Positions 23,676-31,807 of a stretch of DNA of 51,494 bases are shown piece by piece. Where the stretch lies: the IMG/VR virus record IMGVR_UViG_3300045988_113183; one strand, 5' to 3'. A program made the position numbers and the translations under genes. This DNA is from a virus. Below the pieces are notes generated by a model. The model made no database searches, was not told where the DNA came from, and worked only from the letters and a program-made list of their open reading frames with translations. Numbering within the stretch: the stretch's first letter is position 1; every line of letters starts with the position of its first letter.

Positions 23676-24971
23676 ATGTCCAAATACCAAGACGGCAATT
23701 ACGGCACTCTGGCTGGCATTGCCCTTATCGGCAAAGTGCTGGCCGGGCGCTGCACCCTGAAGTACACCAAGGCTACTGTCGGCAAGGGCAGTATCCCTGA
23801 CGGTAAGACACCCAAAACCATGGACGGCTCTGCTGAGTATGTTATGGATGTTCCCATCTCTGGCATTACCAACCCCGTGGACGGTGAATGTCAGGTATCC
23901 GTGCAAATCAGCAGCGCCAGCGTCACCACCGGCTTTTATTGCACCAATGTTGTGCTGTATGCCCAAGACCCTGATTCGGGAGAAATCCCCTTCACTTACC
24001 TTGTGATGGAGAACGAACCTGAATGGATTCATCCTTCGTCCTCTTCTGTCGGCAAACTGGCCGCCATTGACCTTATCTCGGCGGTTGGTGACGTAGACCA
24101 TGTGGAGGCAACCATCGACGAAGATACCATTGCCACTGTGGCCGTGGTAAATCAGGCTGTGAATGACCTGAAGAACAAAACCCTTCCGCTTGCTGGTGGC
24201 ACATTGACTGGCCCTCTGATTCTGGCAGACGGCTACAATGCCTATGGTGTTGCCAGCAATGCTGCTGCGCACAATGCTATGCCGCCCCGCTTTAAGAATC
24301 TCGGCACAGCGGCAACCTCTGACATCCACGCGGCTATCAAGGCTGGCACATTCGACGATATCTTTGTCGGCGATTATTTTATGGTGGGTGACAACCCGAT
24401 TTACATCGGTGCCCTCGACTGGTACCTGAACTGCGGCGACACGAGCTGCACCGAGCATCATGCCCTGCTCGTACCCGGTAACAATCTGTACACCTACCAC
24501 ATGAATGCCACCAATACGACTGAGGGCGGTTACGTTGGCAGTGATATGTATAAGAACGGTCTGACGCAGGCAAAGCAGTTTTTCAGCGACGCGTTCGGGG
24601 CGGCCCATATTTTGTCCCATCGGCAGTATCTGGTGAACGCTGTTTCTGGCGGCAAGCCTACTGGAACGGACTGGTTCGACAGCACGGTGGAGCTGATGAA
24701 TGAAAACATGGTTTATGGCGGGCGGCAATTCTCGCCCATGCCGGACGGCGCAACTGAACCGTGGAGCACCTGCAGGAACTACACCATCGATAAGGGCCAA
24801 ATTCCTTTGTTCCAGTATGCCCCGTGGCTGATTTGCAACCGTAACTGGTACTGGCTGCGAGACGTGGTCTCGGCGGCCAGTTTTGCCAATGTCGGCGACG
24901 GCGGCTATGCGGACTGCGGCGGCGCTTCCGACGTCGCTGGCGTTCGGCCTGTCGCCGGTCTGATCGGTTAA
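23676..24971 (+). CDS. Tail fibre protein; C-terminal lectin-fold-like variable domain is DGR target 1
   Basis: Tail-collar-like N-terminus. The C-terminus (WYWLRDVVSAASFANVGDGGYADCGGASDVAGVRPVAGLIG) contains VR1. Confidence 0.85.
   Translation: MSKYQDGNYGTLAGIALIGKVLAGRCTLKYTKATVGKGSIPDGKTPKTMDGSAEYVMDVPISGITNPVDGECQVSVQISSASVTTGFYCTNVVLYAQDPDSGEIPFTYLVMENEPEWIHPSSSSVGKLAAIDLISAVGDVDHVEATIDEDTIATVAVVNQAVNDLKNKTLPLAGGTLTGPLILADGYNAYGVASNAAAHNAMPPRFKNLGTAATSDIHAAIKAGTFDDIFVGDYFMVGDNPIYIGALDWYLNCGDTSCTEHHALLVPGNNLYTYHMNATNTTEGGYVGSDMYKNGLTQAKQFFSDAFGAAHILSHRQYLVNAVSGGKPTGTDWFDSTVELMNENMVYGGRQFSPMPDGATEPWSTCRNYTIDKGQIPLFQYAPWLICNRNWYWLRDVVSAASFANVGDGGYADCGGASDVAGVRPVAGLIG
24863..24961 (+). repeat. 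DGR variable repeat VR1
   Basis: 99-nt gapless alignment to TR. All 16 differences are at TR adenines. Confidence 0.9.
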
Positions 24972-24977
24972 TCGAAC

Positions 24978-25002
24978 ATCCTGCGGGCCTGTACCGCAGG
25001 AT
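24978..25002 (+). promoter_or_regulatory. Hairpin 17 nt downstream of VR1 (candidate DGR target-recognition element)
   Basis: 9-bp stem ATCCTGCGG/CCGCAGGAT with loop GCCTGTA. Confidence 0.6.
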
Positions 25003-25026
25003 TGAGATAGAAAGAAGGTGAAAGCG

Positions 25027-25575
25027 ATGTCCATCCCGAAGCATGAACGTTCCCCTTCCAGACTGGAAGCGCAGCATCTTGCCCGGAAAATCAGCTTGGA
25101 AATAACGTCCGAGCTTGCGAGGACGTTCGGCTACAGCAAGGCAAAATTTGAGAAGCACGTCGAAACTATGACGAAATACCTACCTCCCGGCCCGGACAGG
25201 GAATCTGCTGCACAGCAGATTCGGGAGCAGGAACAGGGATTCAACTTGTGGCTGATTGAGCAGGAACGCCGGAGAATGCTTGACTTATCACGCGAAATCC
25301 CACTCCATCTTCGTGCGGCAAATTCCATTTGGCCCAGTTGCCAGATGGAGCTTGATGCACGAAGGCTGGAGCTTGACCGCGCCGTTGCTGCCTGCTGGAA
25401 ATTGCAGGACGAACTCCAGTATATTGCTGAAGCTCTTCCGGCTGATTTCAACAAATATACCGGCCTTGCCTTGGAAATTGACAAGCTCGTTTCGTATATT
25501 AAAAATTTACGAAAATCCGACAGCAAGAGATTCAAGGCTGCTTCCGAAAACAAATCCGCAAAAAGTACGAAATAA
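25027..25575 (+). CDS. avd: Avd-like accessory variability determinant (helical bundle protein)
   Basis: Basic, helical ORF between the target gene and TR, which is the canonical Avd position. At 183 aa it is longer than a typical Avd. Confidence 0.6.
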   Translation: MSIPKHERSPSRLEAQHLARKISLEITSELARTFGYSKAKFEKHVETMTKYLPPGPDRESAAQQIREQEQGFNLWLIEQERRRMLDLSREIPLHLRAANSIWPSCQMELDARRLELDRAVAACWKLQDELQYIAEALPADFNKYTGLALEIDKLVSYIKNLRKSDSKRFKAASENKSAKSTK

Positions 25576-25598
25576 TAAACAATTGGGCATCCTTTGTT

Positions 25599-25697
25599 CG
25601 TGGTCTCGACGGCCAATTTTGCCAATGTCAACGACAACGGCAATGCGAACTACAACAACGCTTCCAACGTCAATGGCGTTCGGCCTGTCGCCGGTCT
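25599..25697 (+). repeat. DGR template repeat (TR)
   Basis: Non-coding copy containing 23 adenines, mostly in AAC/AAT triplets. In the VR frame it reads VVSTANFANVNDNGNANYNNASNVNGVRPVAGL. Confidence 0.9.
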
Positions 25698-25860
25698 CTG
25701 ATTTCGCAACTGTACATAAAAGGATTGGTTCCGAGTACAGCTCTGCGAAAGGAAAGGCTGTCCATTCATGGAGATTCCATGATAAACGCCCCTTGAGGGC
25801 ATCAACGGCGATGTTCCCGGTTACGACCGATGGAGCTATCACGCTGTTTTTTCTTTTGCT

Positions 25861-27093
25861 ATGACAAAATTGACCGATGCAAATGTGCTGTATGATGCAG
25901 GATTTAAGGCAATGAAGCCTTCTTACTACAAATACGGCACTCAACTGTATGAAATGAACCATCTTCTCGAAACGGCAAGGCTTCAGAAAGCTTTCCTTGA
26001 GGGGAGCTACGAGCCGCAACCCGGCGTTAAATTTGAGATTAAGGAAAGAGGGCACGAAAGGTATATCACCAGCACTGAGACCGCTGACAAGGCGGTTTCT
26101 CATATCATCTGTGATGAGTATCATACGCCCCTGCTGGGCCGGTATCTCCAGTATGATAACTCGGCCAGCCAGAAAGGCAAAGGCGTTGCTTTTCACCGTC
26201 ACCGATTTAAGGTTCACCTGCGGCAGTATTATGAGCGTGAAGGAACGAACGAGGGCTTTATTTTATTCTCGGACTTCAGCGGGTATTATGCCAACATTCT
26301 GCATGAGGTAACGCTTTCCCGGCTGGAAAAGTATCTCACGAAAGAGATACCCGACCGTGTGGAGCTTGCTCAGGTGTTGGATGTCCTGCGTAAAACCTTC
26401 AAGAGCTATGAGCTGGACGTATCTCGGTTCTCGGATTCTGAAATCGAGCAGATGTACCGAGAAAAAATCAGCTCCACTTTTAATGTCGGCGTACCGTCCT
26501 CCGTCCTGACCGGCGAAAAGATGCTGCGCAAGGGAGTTGATATCGGCAATCAGATCTCTCAGAACGTTGGCATCTTCCTGCCCGTCCCTCTGGATAACTA
26601 TGTCAAAATCGTCTGTGGTATCAAGGGATACGCCCGATATTCAGATGACTTTTATGCCATTGCCCGGACAAAGGAAGAGCTACACGAGGTTATGGATGGG
26701 GTACGCCGGGAAGCCGCTGCACTGGGCCTTATCATCAACGAAAAGAAAACCCGTATCTGCAAACTTGGCAGCCAGTACCGCCACCTGCAGATGCTCTATT
26801 CCCTGAAGCCTGACGGCGAGATTACCTGCAAAATTAACCCAAAGTCTATCACTCGTGAGCGCCGGAAACTGAAAGCATACAAAAGGCTGCTGGATGCTGG
26901 CCGGATGGAGTATGCCGAAATCGAGAACAATTTTAAGTCGTGGATTTGCACCTACTATCGGTTCATGTCCCTGCTGCAAATCCAAAACATGATTGCTCTG
27001 TACAAGGAGCTATTCGGAAAGGATATCACATGGAAAAAGTCACGAGGACATGGTCGGTTACGCTGGCTGATGGCACAGCCATTGAAAACCTGA
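25861..27093 (+). CDS. DGR reverse transcriptase
   Basis: DIGNQISQ (the DGR-type IGxxxSQ motif) and GYARYSDDF (YxDD box). Lies ~160 nt downstream of TR. Confidence 0.9.
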   Translation: MTKLTDANVLYDAGFKAMKPSYYKYGTQLYEMNHLLETARLQKAFLEGSYEPQPGVKFEIKERGHERYITSTETADKAVSHIICDEYHTPLLGRYLQYDNSASQKGKGVAFHRHRFKVHLRQYYEREGTNEGFILFSDFSGYYANILHEVTLSRLEKYLTKEIPDRVELAQVLDVLRKTFKSYELDVSRFSDSEIEQMYREKISSTFNVGVPSSVLTGEKMLRKGVDIGNQISQNVGIFLPVPLDNYVKIVCGIKGYARYSDDFYAIARTKEELHEVMDGVRREAAALGLIINEKKTRICKLGSQYRHLQMLYSLKPDGEITCKINPKSITRERRKLKAYKRLLDAGRMEYAEIENNFKSWICTYYRFMSLLQIQNMIALYKELFGKDITWKKSRGHGRLRWLMAQPLKT

Positions 27094-27392
27094 CCCTGAA
27101 TGCCGGAAGCAACAACTTCCATTCTCCCACTGAAATTACCTCTGAGATGTTCGAGGGGAAGCTTGCCGAGGTTCATATCGCCTCCAGTGATGGTGATATG
27201 AGCAGCTGCGGCTATCCTTCCGTTTTGAGCAATGCAGAGCTTGTACAAATCACCCCCGCATCCGAAACACAGGACGGCCAGTGGCACTTCATTCTGCGGG
27301 AAGTTCCTGAGGATGAGCTTTTCAAGGCCCGCACTCAGGCCCAGCTTGACTTCCTTGCCCTGAGCGCCGATATCAATTTGGAGGATATGTAA
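27030..27392 (+). CDS. Hypothetical protein (XkdW position)
   Basis: ATG 27030 overlaps the last 64 nt of the RT ORF. Precedes the XkdX-like gene. Confidence 0.55.
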   Translation: MEKVTRTWSVTLADGTAIENLTLNAGSNNFHSPTEITSEMFEGKLAEVHIASSDGDMSSCGYPSVLSNAELVQITPASETQDGQWHFILREVPEDELFKARTQAQLDFLALSADINLEDM

Positions 27393-27393
27393 C

Positions 27394-27543
27394 ATGATTG
27401 AGCACAGCCCGAAGTTCGGTGATGTGAAGCAGCACTACGATTTTCACCTGTGGAAGAAATCCACTGTAAAGCTGGCCGTCAAAAGAAAATGGATTACGGC
27501 GGACGAGTACGAGGAGATCACTGGTGAAAAGTATGCAGCCTGA
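27394..27543 (+). CDS. XkdX-family small protein
   Basis: 49 aa ending KRKWITADEYEEITGEKY, which is XkdX-like. Confidence 0.65.
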   Translation: MIEHSPKFGDVKQHYDFHLWKKSTVKLAVKRKWITADEYEEITGEKYAA

Positions 27544-27697
27544 AAGCTGGCCAGATCTGTGCGAAGGTCTGCTGTCCCGGCTTGAAGATGCCGGTGAAGA
27601 TACCTCGGAAGAGCGCAGCAAGTTTGCTGTGCTGTCTGCTGGATGCAGCGTCCGTGGCTGCCCTTTGATGCAGAAAGAACAGGAGATGAGTTTTTGA
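27533..27697 (+). CDS. Hypothetical 54-aa protein
   Basis: ORF not in the provided track. Overlaps its neighbours on both sides. Confidence 0.35.
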   Translation: MQPESWPDLCEGLLSRLEDAGEDTSEERSKFAVLSAGCSVRGCPLMQKEQEMSF

Positions 27698-28353
27698 GTA
27701 TTATCACGTTTCAGCGGGGCGATAAAACCGCCCTCACCAAAAATTTTTCCAGGTACGAGTTCCAGTGTCCCTGCGGCTGCACCTCGCAGATGACCGAGCA
27801 GGAGCTCGCGGACAAGCTCCAGAGCATCCGGGACAAGCTGGGGAAGAAAATCAAAATCACCTCCGGCTACCGCTGCATCAAGCATAACTCCAGCAAGTCT
27901 GTTAGAGGCAGCAAGCAGAGCCGCCATCTGTACGGTATTGCTGCCGACTGGAGAACTGACGACCGCTCTGTAAACCCCGTCGCCCTTGGAATCTTGGCCC
28001 AGAAGGCCGGTTTCGGGGGCGTTGGTGTGTACTGGCACAGCAAGGGTGCTTTCGTCCACACCGACACCCGCAATGGCAAATCCACATGGCTCTGCACCAC
28101 GCCCGGACAGTACCCCAGCACCAGCTACAATGCCTTTATCCTGCCGACCATCAAACAAGGCTGTACTGGAGCTGCACCCCGCAGCGCCACCATCATGCTG
28201 CAGAAGCTGCTGAAGGTGACCGCCGACGGGAACTTCGGCCCGGCCACCACCAAAGCCTTGATGGAGGCCCAACGCAAGCACGGCCTCGTCCCTGATGGCA
28301 TTTGCGGCCCGAAGAGCTGGACGGTCATTTCTGGCGCTGACAAATATCTGTGA
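27694..28353 (+). CDS. Endolysin: M15-type peptidase plus peptidoglycan-binding (PG_binding_1-like) domain
   Basis: SGYRC ... HN ... SRHLYGIAAD ... VHTD metal-site pattern. C-terminal LQKLL ... DGNFGP ... T ... AL repeat. TTG 27694 follows an AGGAG RBS; ATG 27643 is the alternative start. Confidence 0.8.
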   Translation: MSIITFQRGDKTALTKNFSRYEFQCPCGCTSQMTEQELADKLQSIRDKLGKKIKITSGYRCIKHNSSKSVRGSKQSRHLYGIAADWRTDDRSVNPVALGILAQKAGFGGVGVYWHSKGAFVHTDTRNGKSTWLCTTPGQYPSTSYNAFILPTIKQGCTGAAPRSATIMLQKLLKVTADGNFGPATTKALMEAQRKHGLVPDGICGPKSWTVISGADKYL

Positions 28354-28370
28354 GAGGGGAGGTGATACCG

Positions 28371-28655
28371 ATGTGGGATTTCATCATCCAGTATTGGGCT
28401 GAGTGGGCGTTTGGGCTTCTCGGTACTGCTGTCATCGCGGTGGCCATCAAGTACAAAGCTCTGCTCGACGGCGTACTGGCGATTCTGCACGACCGCATTT
28501 ATCATGCCTGCCAGTTTTACCTCGCGCAGGGGTACGTTGACATGGCTGGCTTGAAAAACGTCGAGTATCTTTACCGCAGTTATCACGCCCTCGGGGGCAA
28601 CGGGACAGGCACCGAGCTTTATAACCGTGTCAAGGCCCTGCCTATCCGAGGCTGA
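28371..28655 (+). CDS. Membrane protein in the lysis cassette (holin/antiholin-like)
   Basis: N-terminal hydrophobic segment WAEWAFGLLGTAVIAVAI. GGGGAGGTG RBS. Confidence 0.5.
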   Translation: MWDFIIQYWAEWAFGLLGTAVIAVAIKYKALLDGVLAILHDRIYHACQFYLAQGYVDMAGLKNVEYLYRSYHALGGNGTGTELYNRVKALPIRG

Positions 28656-28734
28656 TTCACATCGTCCGAACCGCCCACAACCCGTAGGCGGTTTATTTAT
28701 AGCCCCGGCGTAGTCCGGGAGAAAGGGCATTTTT

Positions 28735-28986
28735 ATGCTGAACAACAAAATTTCCGCTGGTACCATCGCCCGCACCGCTGTCCTGCTGCTGGCGCTGACC
28801 AATCAGGTGCTGTCTGCACTCGGCAAGTCCCCGCTGCCCATCGAGAGCGCAGAGCTGGAGCAGCTTGTCACCGCTGGCATTACCACGGTGGCCGCCCTCA
28901 TCGCATGGTGGAAGAACAATTCCTTCACTCAGGCCGCGCTTGAGGCCGACAAGACCTATGACCGCATGAAGAAGTCCGGCTATTGA
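28735..28986 (+). CDS. Holin (phi LC3-type)
   Basis: Two hydrophobic segments and the WWKNNSFTQAA motif. Confidence 0.7.
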   Translation: MLNNKISAGTIARTAVLLLALTNQVLSALGKSPLPIESAELEQLVTAGITTVAALIAWWKNNSFTQAALEADKTYDRMKKSGY

Positions 28987-29074
28987 TGTTTTCGTGGAGC
29001 CGCGCAGACATACCTTTTTCGTGAGGTGACGAAAATGGTATGAGGTGCTTACATTTTGTTAGCACCAGCAAAAA

Positions 29075-29156
29075 CAGAAAATCCCCCTGCTGATACCGAA
29101 GCCCAACGTTCAACGCCGGGTCCGCGTAGGTACAGCGGGGGGATTTTTCTGTTTTT
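29075..29156 (+). terminator. Long inverted repeat plus T-run after the lysis module
   Basis: CAGAAAATCCCCCTGCTG pairs with CAGCGGGGGGATTTTTCTG (~17 bp) around a ~40-nt loop, followed by TTTTT. Confidence 0.4.
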
Positions 29157-29172
29157 CTGCCTCAAATCGACC

Positions 29173-29195
29173 ATGTGGGGCCAAAAGTGGGGCCA
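29173..29195 (+). repeat. Direct repeat ATGTGGGGCCAAAAGTGGGGCCA (candidate integrase arm site, left of the attP core)
   Basis: 22 of 23 nt match 29382-29404. Each copy contains a TGGGGCCA doublet. Confidence 0.55.
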
Positions 29196-29205
29196 GAGTA
29201 TAAAT

Positions 29206-29239
29206 AAAGACGCTGGTTCTTTACGAACCAGCGTCTTTT
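29206..29239. terminator. Bidirectional terminator
   Basis: 13-bp perfect stem AAGACGCTGGTTC/GAACCAGCGTCTT, flanked by an A-run and a T-run. Confidence 0.7.
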
Positions 29240-29244
29240 CTGCA

Positions 29245-29267
29245 TGGAGCGGGCAATGGGAATCGAA
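29245..29267 (-). other. attP core: 3' end of a tRNA gene (T-loop to CCA), tRNA-Gly-like
   Basis: The - strand reads TTCGATTCCCATTGCCCGCTCCA. The acceptor 3' strand TGCCCGC, U73 and CCA match bacterial tRNA-Gly. The 5' side of the T-stem is absent, so this is a fragment and not a gene. Confidence 0.6.
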
Positions 29268-29381
29268 CAACTGATTTTATTCATCGCCGTTGCAAGACCT
29301 GAATGCTTTTTCCGAAAGGGAACCGTTTTTTCTGAAACGGCTTGCATCTATTCGCCGGTCGTTTTTATTTTTTACAAAAAT

Positions 29382-29404
29382 ATGTGGGGCCAAAACTGGG
29401 GCCA
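29382..29404 (+). repeat. Direct repeat ATGTGGGGCCAAAACTGGGGCCA (candidate integrase arm site, right of the attP core)
   Basis: Second copy of the repeat at 29173-29195. Confidence 0.55.
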
Positions 29405-29488
29405 ACCGGGTGGCCGTTTGGGTGGAGGTTCCAATCTGCCCACCCAATGCTCTTCCGGCCCGCACGGTCTGGGGCTGGGGCCTGCTGC

Positions 29489-30625
29489 TCACCCGTGGGC
29501 CTTCTTGATGGCCTCTGTGGTAGCATCTGCCAGCTCTGCCCTCTGGCCCTGCATCTCGTGCTGGTATACTCCGAACGTGTCCATGTTCTTGCTGTGGCCC
29601 ACGAGCATCTTCAACTGCCCCTCTGTGAGCTGCCCGGCCTCCATGCTGACAAAAGTGTGCCGCAGCTCATATAGGGTGATTCTGGGTGATATGCCGTTTG
29701 TGTCCTGATACTTTTCCCACCGGCGGGCAAGTGACCTCTGACAGGGTATCTGGAACAACGTCGTGTTATAGTTGAGCTGGACACCCTGAGCCTTCAAGAG
29801 CTGCACCTGCGCCTCGTATGCTTCTCTGGCCTGCTGGCACATATCAAAAGACCTGACGCTGTTCTCGTTCTTGCCTGTTGTCTCCTCGTCCAGTGTGTTG
29901 ATGCTGCGCCGGAGGTTGACCGTATTGCCCTTGATGTCACCGTACCAGAGGCCGACCAGCTCACCGGGCCGGACACCGGTAGACACGGCGAAACGGTAGG
30001 CATAAATGTAGTCATCGAAAATTCGCTTCGTGTGCCAGAGGCGCGTGTCCACCGAAAACAGGATTCTCAGCGCGTTGGGCTGGAGTATCTTCCGCTTGCC
30101 TGTTCTGGCCCCCTTCGGGATGCTCAACTCAGGGTTCAGGGTGGTGTACTTGTTTCGGCGGCACCAGCGCAGAAAGCTGTTGGAGGTGGAGCGAATGGTC
30201 ATAAGTGTTTTCTTGCTGAGGGGCTTGTCGCCGGTTTTCATCACCTTCCGCTTTGCCAGGCACCTCTTTTTGTACGACATATCAATGGCCTTCTGGAGAT
30301 CGCCCTCGGTCAGCTCTTCAATTCTGAGATTTCCGACCACCGGGAGGATATAATAATCGCCGTACTTCCGGCACTGCATCACATAAGATGTCCCGGCTGA
30401 AAGGGCCACATCTTCCACCCACTCATCGTATAGAGCTGATACCTTCTTTCGGCCATCCCTGACGCTATCATCCAACCACGCATCTGCTTTGGCGTTTGCT
30501 TCTCTCTGGCCAGTTCTGCCCGGCGTGTTGCTGTAAAAGCATTTTTGCGTTCCATTCTTCTGGACTTTGATTCGCCAGCGTCCCTCGGCCTCTTTCCACG
30601 TTGCGGTTCCCGTTCTCTTTTTCAC
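29489..30625 (-). CDS. int: Tyrosine integrase
   Basis: Arm-binding-type N-terminus (WKEAEGRWRIKV). C-terminal LRHTFVS ... GHSKNMDTFGVYQH catalytic region. Confidence 0.9.
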   Translation of the reverse strand: MKKRTGTATWKEAEGRWRIKVQKNGTQKCFYSNTPGRTGQREANAKADAWLDDSVRDGRKKVSALYDEWVEDVALSAGTSYVMQCRKYGDYYILPVVGNLRIEELTEGDLQKAIDMSYKKRCLAKRKVMKTGDKPLSKKTLMTIRSTSNSFLRWCRRNKYTTLNPELSIPKGARTGKRKILQPNALRILFSVDTRLWHTKRIFDDYIYAYRFAVSTGVRPGELVGLWYGDIKGNTVNLRRSINTLDEETTGKNENSVRSFDMCQQAREAYEAQVQLLKAQGVQLNYNTTLFQIPCQRSLARRWEKYQDTNGISPRITLYELRHTFVSMEAGQLTEGQLKMLVGHSKNMDTFGVYQHEMQGQRAELADATTEAIKKAHG

Positions 30626-31049
30626 AGCACGGCCAACCTCCTCTCCTATCCTTATAAAAATAGTATGCCTGTCTGACGTACTCCTCCGTGGTGTCCAGCT
30701 CCTCTGCTATCTCCCAAGCGTCAAGGCCCTGCTGGAGCAGTGACATCAGCTTACCCTCTGGTATCGCATGAAGTATATACCAATGGTCGGCCCTGACCTC
30801 ATGCCGTTCCATGAGATCGTAGGGCGTGGCGCGTGTGTAGAACCCTCCATATAGACAATGGCCCAGCTCGTGCCCAAGGCGGGCGGCCTCCTCTGCATGC
30901 GTTAGCTTCCGGCTGCTGTCGATGCCGATATAGCATTTTCCGCCCTGCTCGATGCTGATGCTGCCTGTTTCCGGCAGCGGGAAGCTGAGCACCTCTATTC
31001 CGCTTTTCTCTGCTGTGTCGTAAAGCTCACTTACTCTGTCCATTCGCAT
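30468..31049 (-). CDS. ImmA/IrrE-family zinc metalloprotease (anti-repressor protease)
   Basis: HELGHCLY (HEXXH) motif. Start overlaps the repressor gene. The ORF runs 158 nt into the integrase gene. Confidence 0.8.
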   Translation of the reverse strand: MRMDRVSELYDTAEKSGIEVLSFPLPETGSISIEQGGKCYIGIDSSRKLTHAEEAARLGHELGHCLYGGFYTRATPYDLMERHEVRADHWYILHAIPEGKLMSLLQQGLDAWEIAEELDTTEEYVRQAYYFYKDRRGGWPCCEKENGNRNVERGRGTLANQSPEEWNAKMLLQQHAGQNWPERSKRQSRCVVG

Positions 31050-31686
31050 CCCGCTCCTTTATAAAACGAGCGAAGTTCTTGACCTCCTCGAACTGAGCGT
31101 CTGTCACATCGCCACCCCCGAAGAGCGCGAACTTCAAATCTTCATCCGTAACGCCTCGGCTGCTGTCTGCTGCCGGGGCGTTTTCTTTTTCCTGCTGCTG
31201 TGCTGTCCCTCGCTCCTCTGGAGCTGTTGGGTCATCTGTTTCGCCATTCAGGTATGCCGCACTGGTATGCAACTCTCTAGCCCAGACTTCCAAAATTTCA
31301 GGCTTGACCTTTTTCGTTTTTCGCAAGTTGCTGCCGGCCTTTGGAGACATCCCGACCATCGTATAAAGATGAGCCTGTTTCACTCCTGCTTCTTTGCTCA
31401 GATCATAAAACCTCTGAAACTGAAACTTTCCGTATTCTACCGTTGTCGCTATGTCCATCTTTCCTTTATCTTGGCTTTCTACTCGGCCATTTATGTACTC
31501 TGCTGATGTTCCCAAAATCTTCGCTATTGCAGGGAGGTACTGAGACGGTACATCTGCATTCCGGCCTGAAATCTCTGAGAGGTATCCGCTGCTTTTGCCG
31601 AGCTTCTTGCTGATGAAAGCCAACGTCATTCCTCGTTCGTTCGCTAGTTCGCGGATTTTTGAAATGTTTCCAGACGACTTTTCCAT
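31027..31686 (-). CDS. CI-like repressor with two XRE-type HTH domains
   Basis: Two HTH_3-like segments (MTLAFISKKLGKSSGYLSEI; KQAHLYTMVGMSPKAGSNL). Divergent from the early genes. Confidence 0.8.
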   Translation of the reverse strand: MEKSSGNISKIRELANERGMTLAFISKKLGKSSGYLSEISGRNADVPSQYLPAIAKILGTSAEYINGRVESQDKGKMDIATTVEYGKFQFQRFYDLSKEAGVKQAHLYTMVGMSPKAGSNLRKTKKVKPEILEVWARELHTSAAYLNGETDDPTAPEERGTAQQQEKENAPAADSSRGVTDEDLKFALFGGGDVTDAQFEEVKNFARFIKERDANGQSK

Positions 31687-31713
31687 AGAAAAGATACCTC
31701 CAAATTATAAAAA

Positions 31714-31775
31714 CCAGAAAAATACGAAAAAAGTCCAGAAAAAGTATTTACAACTCTGCGGTAAAGTAGTATAAT
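31714..31775 (+). promoter_or_regulatory. Early rightward promoter P1 with upstream repeat block
   Basis: TTTACA (31747-52), 17-nt spacer, TATAAT (31770-75). CCAGAAAAA is repeated 21 nt apart. The block is duplicated at 38767-38828. Confidence 0.65.
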
Positions 31776-31807
31776 AAGAACAGAAAAAGTAATTAAATAC
31801 CACCTAG

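Larger units (their letters stand above)
23676..27093 (+). mobile_element. Diversity-generating retroelement cassette: target(VR1)-avd-TR-RT
   Basis: TR and VR1 differ only at TR adenines. The RT carries IGNQISQ and YSDD motifs. A helical Avd-like ORF lies between the target and TR. Confidence 0.9.

Noticed and set aside
28925-29508. Small ORFs on both strands across the attP region.
   Set aside because: They overlap terminators, the tRNA-derived core and the arm repeats. They lack RBSs and have implausible composition.
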